Assembly (NCBI RefSeq): GCF_018977255.1
Contig: NW_024704742.1
Span: 97,404,001 to 97,468,000 of the forward strand
Length of the DNA: 64,000 bases
Reading direction: 5' to 3'
Source: Callorhinchus milii
Lineage: Eukaryota
Positions 41,201 to 52,200 of the stretch are shown here, one piece after another (within the stretch, counting starts at the first letter, position 1; each line of letters starts with the position of its first letter). A program made the translations under genes and the position numbers. Under the pieces are notes generated by a model. That model had not been told where the DNA came from. It saw nothing but the letters and a program-made list of their open reading frames with translations, and did not search any database.

Positions 41201-43894
41201 AGTGGTAACTGTTCAAGTGTAATTTGTTTTATATTGCCATGGAAGAGCTGCGATGAATGTTTATGTCCCTTTGAAATTGCACATTTGAGTTTTATCCTTC
41301 GTTGTGGCCAAAGCTGATTATTGTCAGACATGAACATCACTGAGAAACACACAGGGAGAAATGATGGATAATTATACAATAAATTGTGGATGAAATAGAC
41401 TACCTGCCAACCTTTAATACAGTACAGGTTTTTTCAATTCAAAAAATGAAATTGGGTTTCCTAATTGTCGCTCTCTTGGTTTGAATTCTTTATATCTTCT
41501 TAAATGAGGTGGTGTTCCCTCTTAATATGCTTTGTGCCAAATTTCAATACAAACATACCTTGCTCACTCTGAAGGACTGCTGTAATTTACTTGTCTTTCT
41601 TCCTTAGAAGAGTGGCTGGTTATGTTTTTGCATGGCTGATTTACATACCGTAATTAAAATACCACATCCTATTATCCAGTGGGTCATTCTATGTAGGAGA
41701 ATTCATAAATTACTTGTTTAAAAAAATCAGCTGAATGTAGACAAAGCAGGAAATCTAGTTGACAGCCTCTGCACTGAATATGTAATGCAAAGGAAGTGAA
41801 TTTTCCACTAATTTATCTTCTTGTGGAGTGTGTGATGTGATAGCAGGATAGATTGATGCACAATATTGGTTCACAACCATTTTACCCTCATAATTGCTAA
41901 AAAGATGCTAAGATTTAACTGTTCATTTTAATGGTTTGTTTTTAGTATGCCTAATTGTTGTAAGTGACACATCAGGAACTACCACTTAACTGTAACATCA
42001 CTTGGGTGGCATTGTAGTGTTTGTCAAACCTTAAACAGATATTGTTGAATGCAATTTAAAATGGTAAGAACAAAGAATTAGCTCACACCTCACTCGCTCC
42101 TAGAAAATCCACTATTGGCAATAATTTTGATTTCGTTTGATTCAGATAATTAGACATTCACTAGTATTTATTGGATCAGGCTTTCAGGCACAGCTTTCCA
42201 AAACTGTTAAAAGAAAAGATGGCATTATATGCACAAGGTGACAGCCCAGCTCAGTTGGTAACATCCGGCCTTGGAGTCAGAAGGCTGACGTATTGAGCTC
42301 CTAGCGTAAAATGACACTTCAGTGCTGTGCTAGGGAAGAGCTGCATTGGCAGAGAGGTGCCATTCTTCAGAAGAGATGTTAAATCAAGGTCCCAGTCTCC
42401 TGTTTAGATGGATGCTTAAGATCCCATGGAACTATTCAAAAAGACAAGGGAGTTTCTTGGCTAATGATCTTCCGGATTGGTCATTCAATTTCTGGCTCTT
42501 TCGGCAGTAATCTCAGGCCAGGGTTCAGATAATTATTATGGAAACCTTGCGCTTTTCTCTCACACATTTCATAGTCATCCGAACCACATAATGAGAATAC
42601 TACCCTGCAAGGACTTTTATTTTTGCTTTCATTTTAGTAGGAGCAAGTTGCCTCTATTGGAAATCGGCTCATAAGAGTTCATTGCAAGCCACAGTTTCTT
42701 GAAATAGTTTCAAAGTTTTTAAAAATGTATTTAAAAATTTGACCTGTGGATTCACAGTTATGATTCTGAAAGTGAATACCAGCATACAGTAAGTTTAAAA
42801 AAATAATGGATAAATACCAGTTATAAAGGAATGTAATAGCTTAGTTGATCTTCAGGAGTACATTAAGATTTGACCTATATTTTTACTGATGGATATGTCA
42901 AATATGTCTAATAATTTTTAGTTTTTTATTCTTTTGTTCATTTTATACGTGATATTTGTTCCTTAACATTTTACGTCTAACTCATTCTGTAATGAAGTTG
43001 TCATTTGGTTCTCTGTTCCACGGATCTTAATCATATAAGTTGCCATCTTAATTCCGCTAATATTTTGAAAGGTGTATAACTCATAAAAGCATTAGCTGAT
43101 AAAAATGTGTATGTCAACAGAGAACAATTAATACATTTTCCCCCAAGATTCAGCGAATAATTGAACTGCCTAGTATTGTACTGAAGTACACAGGCCACAA
43201 AGCACACAAGTTCTATCCTGGTTAGCTGAAATTTGTGGGAAAGATGGTGGTACATTACAATTCACTAGGGGCCTCTGGTATATAGAGGGGGAAACAATCA
43301 GCCTGACTTCCTGCTGATGATTGATGATGTGACCCACACTGGAAGTTTGAATTTTGAGCAAGGAGAGGATCTGGATGCAGTTTAGTGAAATAGCTGAATA
43401 ATACTCAGTGTGCAGAGACACATGTGAAGATTTGCCACTTTGGTCAAAGTGTAGAATCTGTAGACTTGGCGCCAGCATGTCAGGGAAATCAGTGTCTTGC
43501 CAATGGTATGGTATAAATGCGAAATGAATGACCGTTTGTTTATACAATTATTTAAAATAGAAATAGCCATCTTCTGGGGTCTAGGTTTATTCTATTAATG
43601 TAGCATTTTAGAACATCTAGAATTTGGTAAATTGTTGAATTCAATCTTAACTTTGGTTTCTGTAGTCCTTTAAAGAACTGAAAGAAAACGGGCTTGAAAA
43701 TTACGGCTGTATTTGAATTTGCTAAGTTCTGAAATGGTACATTAAATAGAGTAAATCTAGACCTAGGTGGAATGATATACTCGTGTCTTCATTTTTGTCA
43801 CCTGACCTCGTCAATATTTGGTTTCTGGTAAATTGTATTTTGTTTTGATAATTCTTTTTGAATTGTCTGACATTTCTGTTTATCTGTGTCACAG

Positions 43895-44053
43895 AACTTT
43901 CTGTTCCGTCCGAACTTCATTAATGATCTGAAAATGTTTGCCGGAAGGTACTGCTATGATATTCATGTTCTGATGACCATCTCACTAAATGAAGGGGGTG
44001 AACCGAGTAGGCAGGTTGCCATCTATACTGACAACGATGATCTGTCCAACAGA
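43895..44053 (+). CDS. PRUNE2: PRUNE2 internal coding exon (part of the DHHA2 region; equivalent to human exon 7 as I recall the numbering)
   Basis: Acceptor ...tttatctgtgtcacag| and donor AGA|gtaagt, 159 nt, phase 0/0. It encodes NFLFRPNFINDLKMFAGRYCYDIHVLMTISLNEGGEPSRQVAIYTDNDDLSNR, matching recalled human PRUNE2 NCLFHSNITSDLKAFTDKFGFDVLIL...QPRRQIAVYSENMELCSQ. It joins in frame to the next exon. Confidence 0.92.
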
Positions 44054-44956
44054 GTAAGTCATTTAAACTTGCCATTTTAATTTGACTGGTTAAGTTAATA
44101 AAATTTATATTTATTAATACCAATGATTAGAAAGAAGCTATTTACAATAGAACCTCGTCATAATCATTGTGTAAGCAATTTGGGTGTAGACTCAAAATCA
44201 ACTTATCCCAAAATCAATTCAGACAGTATTTTTAAGCGCTGATAGAGCCTGGCGCCTTTCTGGGTAATTGATCAGTGAATGCTGAAGCATGACTAGCAAT
44301 CGTGCCCTTTTATAGCACTCTTTGGCATTGTTATAATGGACCCCACTGTATACCATTTTTCTTTGCAGGTGATAGTAAATGTGTGCTTATAAGGAGAGCT
44401 TATAAGGAGAATGGAATACTGTCTGGAATGGTCTGTCATAGCATCGTCAAATGTAGAATAATATCCATTATATTGCAAGATACCAACCAATAGTTTTTCA
44501 GCCTAACAGACACCCTGCTTCCCTTCCCCCCCTCCCCCAAGATATTTTTTGGTTTATTGTATCTCAGATGTGAAGAGCTAATAACTAAGTAGGCCCAGAA
44601 CGTTTTGTTCCAAGATGGGTAATCAACTGATTTGAGTAATCTGCAATGTTAATCCAATATAAATTTACAGTTATAGCTGCTCTTGCCAAATCAGTTTGTG
44701 TATATTTCAGGGTTCAAACTTCTGTGTTTTCCTTTTCACCCATTCTAAAGACATTGTTCAGACTTCTAGACTCGACCACAAAAATGACAATGGCGTATCA
44801 ATACACCTGTTGGTGTTTTATACCAGATCCTTTTTAAACTTGTTATCCAGTGAGATACTGTATCAACTGAACTGAGAACAACAAAATTGCCATCTTACGT
44901 TTCACCAACCAAAATGCCATTGTAAAAATTCTACTTATGGTAATAGTGATTGGTAC

Positions 44957-45791
44957 AACAACAAAAATACAAAATTACATTTGTACAGCGCCTTTCACGT
45001 CGGGAGGACGTCCCAGTCAGGGATTAGGACCCGGTCGGGGTGGGTTGGATGGGGTAGGATCAGGGAGCGTGGAGGGCAGAGAGGGTAGGAGGGTGGTTGA
45101 AGGCATGGTCGAAGAGTTTTGAGGCGTGCCTTGAAGGAAGCAAAAGAGGGAACAAGGCAAAGGGAATGTGGGATGGAGTTCCAGAGGGTGGGGGCGGAGA
45201 GGCTGAAGGCCTGACATCTGATGGTGTGGCAGGCCGGGCGGGGGACATGGAGCTGGCCGGAGCCTGCTGAGTGGAGGGAGCGGACAGATTAATAGGGGAT
45301 TAGCAGATCAGAGAGGTAGGAGGCAGCAAGGCCATGGAGGACCTTGAAGATGAGGACAAGAATTTTGAACTCAATCCTCTGAAGGATGGGGAGCCAGTGG
45401 AACCGGGCGAGGGAGAGTGTGATAGGGTCACGGAGCCTGGGGCAGGAGAGGATACGAGCTGCAGAATTCTGGATGATCTGCAGCTTGTCGGAGGGAAGAG
45501 TTGGGAAGGCCGACAAGCATGGCGTTGGCGTAGTTGAGCCTGGATGTAATGAAGGCATGTGTGAGGGTTCTGGCGGCCTGAGGGGTTAGGCAGTGACGGA
45601 GTTGAGCAATGTTGCAGAGATGGGGGAAGGCAGAGCAGGTCATAGCACGGATGTCGGGGAGAAAGGACAGTTGAGGGTCGAACAAGATGCTCAGGTTCCT
45701 GACTGGCTTGGTGAGGTGGAGTGTGCATCTGTGGATGCTGATGTTGCCAGTGCCTGAGTGCGGAGGCGCTGGTACGAGCCAATCAGAATGG
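44957..45791 (-). mobile_element. L2 LINE 3' fragment
   Basis: Encodes LTHAFITSRLNYANAMLVGLP, LQIIQNSAARIL and HWLPILQRIEFKIL. The 3' tail has gggacgtcctcccgacgtgaaaggcgctgtacaaatgtaattttg followed by a TTG-type repeat. Similar to the 10300-12917 copy. Confidence 0.92.
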
Positions 45792-45798
45792 TACAGAT

Positions 45799-46110
45799 TA
45801 ATAATAATCCTTGCATTTGATATAGCGCTTTTCACGTCGGGAGGACGTCCCAAAGCGCTTCACAGAACACGCTGTAAAGTGAATTGACTGTATATTTGTG
45901 GGCGAACGCGGCAGCCAATTGCGCACAGCAATGTCCCACAAACAGTCGTAGATTGAAAATGACCAATTTAATTATTGTTTTTTTTTGGAGGGATTATTAT
46001 TAGGCGTGTGGAGTAAGGAAACTTGCCCAAGGTTTCGCCCTGCCTGGAATTGAACTCAGGTCTCTCACTTGCAAAGCGAGTGCTCTAACCACTGAGCTAC
46101 AGGACTCCAC
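45799..46110 (-). mobile_element. Full-length tRNA-derived SINE with L2-type 3' tail (young family; resembles elephant-shark SINE2-type elements)
   Basis: The minus-strand head GTGGAGTCCTGTAGCTCAGTGGTTAGAGCACTCGCTTTGCAAGTGAGAGACCTGAGTTCAATTCC carries Pol III A and B boxes. The tail shares gggacgtcctcccgacgtgaaa with the adjacent L2 and ends in (TTA)n. Confidence 0.92.
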
Positions 46111-46225
46111 GGTACTCCATTGGTACAAACATGTCCTGCTTTTTCTTTGCTTGATATGTGATATCAACTGTGCAGTTCTAGATGCAGTGAAAAAAAAACT
46201 ACTGATATTATTGTTCTTTGAACAG

Positions 46226-49200
46226 GTATGTTGTACATTAGAAGAGTGCCAAAATCCATGTCTCCAACTGGAGCCAATAGAGCATGGATTTCAAGAGATC
46301 CGAGCATATCAGCAAGGGAGCTCCTCAGTCTCTCAGAAACAGATTGTTCCACTGATAAAAGACTGTATTCACAGGCGACAGCAAGGATTGTCGATGAACA
46401 GGAGAACTTCGTCCACAGAAGCTGTCAATGGTAGTGCTCCGGTTTCGGAAGGATCATCTGGTGTTCTGGATTTATCTGGTCCTGATGTGGATTCACAGAA
46501 CACTGAGTATATGGGTGAAAATTTACTGGATAACTCACAAGTTTTAAATGCTTCCTTACAGGCTCATGGTGATGTTAACGTTGATCTTATGAGCCCAGAC
46601 AGTGGACTAGCCACTATCCGAAGCAACCGTTCCTCCAAAGAGAGCTCAGTTTTCCTAAGTGATGATAGTCCCATTCGAGAGGCAATTGGACCATCATCCA
46701 GCCTCTTGCAGGGCTACGATATGTTTAGTTCTTTGCCTGAAGATGAGACAGTGGAAGATGGAGTTGCTCCAATTGATAATGCAAATAGGTTTGATTTGTT
46801 TGGTCTAGATCTAGTGCATAGCAATAACATTAAGACCGATTCTTTGGAAGATAATCAAGATTTTTTGGTGAATGATGGAATACCAAAGGCAGAATTAGCC
46901 CCTCAGAAAGATAATGATGTGGAAGCAGTTCCATTAAGTGATCATGTTTCCATGGATTTAATGAAGGAAACCACAATGTCAACCGAGCTGGTGAAGGCAG
47001 AGGATGATAAGATTTACAATCAAGATCGTATTGGAGATGAACCAGTAAAAGAGCAAGTGAGATCCCAAATTTCCTACACAACTGATGGAATTGGAATGGT
47101 CATTGTGGATAAGAAGGTTCCTCCAACACCCATGAACAGTCTTGTAGAAGGGTCACCTCTAGATGAGGGACCTCCTAACATTTTTGCAGAAGATGTTATA
47201 GAGAAAATGAATGAAATTGGCAATGTTGGCTCACACCAAGCAGATTGTATGTATCTCAGGCAAAAGAACGAATATGAATCTACCAAGACCATGTCAGAGG
47301 AAAGCGATGGCTGGACATCACATCAGAATGAACTGAGTAACACGGTTACTCAAGATTCTGATTTATGGATGAAGTTTGACCAGGGATCCAGTCAACTAAA
47401 TTTCAAAGACTATGACAGGTGGAGTGAATTTGATCTACAGCCAAATGTATCAACAGAAATAAGTGCTAGTGATATATGGAATTCAATTGAGCAAATCTCT
47501 ACCCAGGCCTTTGGTGATGAACCAGCCACGTCAGACGAATTAGACAAAACCCCATCAGTCTCTCATGATTTGTGGAACATCTCTGGGAAAGAAACTGTTC
47601 TGTCAGGGTTCCATAAATTTGATGAATATTACAAGTTTCAAAACGAAATTCCATCAGTGTCTGAGAGTTCAGATGTAGCCGATAAACAAGAGGAAGGGAA
47701 TGAACAGCAATATGAAACTACTTTTAATGTAGGGAAACTTCCTGTGTCAAAGGAATATTCAGATCAACCACGTTTGAGGGATGAAGCTGTAAAAGGAGCT
47801 ATCCAGCCTATTAAAATCCTCCCAGAGGTGTCAGACAATGCTGAACAGAGAATCCAAAGTTCAGACCATGAAAATCCAGTATGGACGAAACCGATTTTAG
47901 AGACGTATTTACATCCTTCTTATAATTTGAGTGACCCTAAACAGGAAGTGACTTTGAATTCAGATATATTGAGTGAACCTAAAAATGATGATGGCCAACC
48001 AGTTGCAGAAAATGCAGATGATTGGGCTACATTTGACCAGGAAGCTAACAGTTCTGCATCAGACAGTGATGATCCATTATCTGAAAAAGCCACCCAAAAA
48101 ACTGTGTGCACCTATAATGTATGTGGTTCAAGACAGGAGAAGAACAAAGGCTTTGAAAATGTAAATGTTTGGAATGAATCCACACAGGCAGATAGTCAAC
48201 TTACTGCACAAGGTCTTGAAACGTGCAATACTTGTCAACATGATATTAAATATTCACCATCTGACCATGTGGAAAAGCAGAATACACATGCAGACTTGGT
48301 TACGGAAGCAAGGAATGATTCTGTATGGGATATTACCCAGCCAGCATTTAAAATGCAAACCCTGGAAGTACAACAAGAACATGATCACAGTCGGACCATA
48401 TTTGAAGCTGTGGATTCAGCAGATGCACAGGAACACAAGCCACCATCTCCACATTTGTCTGATGTGTGGAATGAATTTGAAAAAAATAGATATTCATCTT
48501 CTGAAAGTTTAGATGCTTGGGGTGCTCCTGTCAAAACGTTCAGTCAGCAAAGTGTAGAGTTACCAGTTAAACTGAATAATTCTGACCAAGAAGCTAGATA
48601 TTCAGCAACTCAAAATGTGTATGTGTGGAATAAGGAACAAGAGAATCATCAGCTTCAAGAAGGGAAGCAAAATCCATGGAATATTTTTGAGCAGGATAGT
48701 GGCCAGTCAACATTTGAAAGCCAAGCCTGGTACAATCAGATGCAAGAGATCAGTCAGGCAGATACAGATCATCTTGAGATGTACCATGCATCTGACATTG
48801 GAAAACAATTTGGAAATGATAAAAGTCAGGAGAAAGAAAAAGATCTCACACAGAATAATAAGGAAACAACATTAGACCTTTATGATACACACTGTGAAGC
48901 TGAAGAGCACAGTCATTTGTCAAGCCAACATGACTACAGGCATCATGAATCAGAATATCATGTGAGACCTATTGAACATCCAGATGAACCTTTAGAAAAA
49001 GTTTTGAAGCATCCTGATCTGTGGAGTGATTCTGAATATGAGTTTATCCATTCACCTGGTGATGTTCTTATTTCCAATAAATTCGAACATAAGTTAAGTC
49101 AGTCAAATGTGCCAAATCCTGACGGACAGACAACAGGTGAGTCTAACCAGTCTTTTACTGAAAATTACTCTGTTTGGACTGAGTCTTGGCAGGAAGTTCC

Positions 49201-52200
49201 CCATTTGCTTTCTACTACCAGTGATGATTGTAAGGAATCTAAACGGGAGTTAATTGAACCAGATGTTCCTGATGTAATAACTGACTATCACCAATACACC
49301 CACCAGACTTTCTCTGCAATTCCTGATTTATGGAATAAATCCAATCAAACATTTATTGCTTCAATTGCTGAAAACACATCTCTTTTGAATGATAGCTACT
49401 CTGCTTCAAATAGTCCAGGTATATGGAATGAGGCAGAGAGACAAGGTTCTAAAAGTGCAGATAGGTGGACTGATGTAAAAGAAAACAATAAGGAAACTAT
49501 GACTAATCAACCTGATCTAATGATTGTATCTGAGCCAAAGTTTCACCTGTCTTTCTCAGCTGGTGCTAATGCATGGACAGAATCTGAACATACATTTCTT
49601 TACCCAGATGCAGAAAGCCTTGGTGCATATAATGATTCCATGCGGCAGATAGCCCACTCGCCCATAGTCGATGCTGATCCAGGGCATGTACATGTACAGA
49701 GAGTTTCGACTCACCCAGGACAAGATTTTGCTTTAACACCAGATGAAACATTTCATAAAGATGAAGATTTATCCGAGCTATCCGGTTCTGTTAAGTTTGA
49801 ATCCATGCAAACCTGGCAAACCTTTGGAATTCCTGTCCCTTGCATACATTTGCAGCAAGGAGTTACTGACCTCTTTGGGAAAAGTCCAATTTCACACAGT
49901 AACTATGAAAAGGGATTCACTCATTCTGACTTAGGTGAATTTAGGGTCCATAGAGCACATGAGGTTAATCAGTCAGCTTTAGAATATCTTGATCCCTGGA
50001 ACCCAGTGGAAGGGGTTACTGCTGAATCTATTTCTGTGGAGAGCAAGTCATCTCATGTAGAAGACATTGCATTGATGGATAAAAAACAGATCCAATGTTC
50101 AGGTTTTGATAATATGTCAAACATTATCAGAACAGATGAGGTGGAGGCAACAAATTTGGAGTATACAGACTCAATTTCATCAAACAAGCAAACGACAAAC
50201 ATGTACAGCCCAAATGTAGGAGTAACCAAAAACGAAATCCCTTTTTCAAAGTTTTCATCTCCCGATGAATATTTTACATCTACTGCACCCGACAGAATCT
50301 TAGCTAGCCAATCAACTGGTTCTCAGGGCTCAAACGTGATGGAGTACTTCTCTGTATCAGATAAAAATCTTTTGCCAATCGAACCACTAAAAGAATTTTC
50401 ACCAGTGCAAACAGAGGATGAGCCCTTGTGCGGTACTATTTCATTTGCAGAAACTACCACACATAAGTGTTTCCCTACTCACATAATGCCTGGTAAGGCA
50501 GAATTATCCTATGAAAATGTAGAACCAGTAAATGCTGCTTCTGATTATTTTTATGAGATAGATGGACTGAAAGCTTGGCCAAAGGCGATTGAACACAATA
50601 ACCTATTTCTGCCAGCAGATGATGCTGCAGCACTTCATAACTCTAATGAATCAAACCAAAGAAGCATAGAAACAGAACATGTGGAAAATAAGCCTAGCGA
50701 AAATTCGTGGGTTTCATTTGGAAATTTAGACAGCAACATTAGTATCAATATGATGTCCTCCAGCCCGCCCACCTGTGCCCAGAAATCAGACTTTTGGGAG
50801 GCTTTCAGTGCTCAGAAGTGTAATTTAACTCATGATGTGGATCATTCTCATTACAAGGCCATAGAAAACTTCAGCCCTGACTCAGAATGCATAACTAAAA
50901 CAGATGGGCAGGACGAAGATGGAGAAAATGTACTAAGCACGGCAAATACAAATCTCCATAGCACACAAAGTGATACCAATTTGGCGAAAAGGTTTGATAA
51001 ACAGTCCAGCTTCTTGCTAACAGATATTTCGTCACTTACTTCTCTAATTTCCTCCACAGAGATTGATAGCAGCTCACTAGAAGTTGAATATGTGGATAAA
51101 AGTGACAGCAACCTAGCCTCAAAGATCTTTGAACACGGAAGCAATGAGGACAATAAATTGATTTCAGATGAGGATGAGAGGATGGGAGAAATGGATTATA
51201 TAGTTGTAGCTGGAAGAGAAAGGATGTCTGGAGCAGACACAAATGGACAGGACAAAGAAAATATGGTCATGGAAGATATAAATGCAAGAATTTTGAACAT
51301 TGACTATCAAGGACAAACTTTGTCAACCTCTCCTTCAATCACTGTTCAACCAGAGCTCAGTGACAATGAAAGCAGTGCCTTGGAGAGTTCTTCCACTGAA
51401 TATCTTCCTGCAAACAAAATCTTAGATGACCCTTTTATGAGAACTAATTGCCAGGATGAAGGGAAAATAAATTTAGATGAGAATGCCAGTATTGAGGATG
51501 AATTCAATTATCAAGTCAATATTGAGGAGGAAATTGATGAGAAAGCCAGCATTGAGGATGAATTCAATGATCAAGTCAATATTGAGGAGGAAATTGATGA
51601 GGAAGCCAGTACTGGGGATGAATTCAATGAGGAAATCAATATCCAGGATGAAATCAATGAGAAAGCTGGCATCGAGGATAAATTCAACAAGCAGGACAAT
51701 ATTCAGGAGAAAATCGATGAGAAAGCTGATATCAAGGATGAATTCAATGAGGAAATCAATATAGAGGACAAGATTGATGTGGAAGCCAATATCAAGGATG
51801 AATTCAAGGAGCAAGGCAAGATTCAGGAAGAATTTGATGAAAAAGCCAACATTGAAGATGAATTCAATATCAAGGACCCAATTGATGAGAATGTTAGTAT
51901 AGAAGACGAAGTTAATGAACAAGCCAATATTCAGGAGAAAATCGATGAGAAAGCTGATATCAAGGATGAATTCAATGAGGAAATCAATATAGAGGACAAG
52001 ATTGATGTGAAAGCCAGTATCAAGGATGAATTCAATGAGCAAAGCAAGATTCAGGAGGAATTTGATGAAAAAGCCAACATTAAAGATGAATTCAATATCA
52101 AGGACACAATTGATGAGAATGTTAGTATAGAAGATGAATTTAATGAACAAGCCAATATTCAGGAGAAAATCAATGAGAAAGTTGATATCAAGGATGAATT

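Noticed and set aside
356..43570. Many short 60-130 aa ORFs, including recurring '[14 protein letters not shown]' and 'CKDYYY' peptides
   Set aside because: They are translations of SINE/LINE copies or chance ORFs with no splice or homology support.
1..43894. PCA3-like antisense lncRNA or further PRUNE2 exons in the long upstream intron
   Set aside because: Human PCA3 lies in the equivalent intron, but nothing here can be recognised as homologous. I could not find the preceding exon (LKDLKELSDG-like) in the window.
46040..46110. tRNA gene (Ala/TGC-like) on the minus strand; likewise at 33308 and 31177
   Set aside because: These are SINE heads continuous with SINE bodies and tails.
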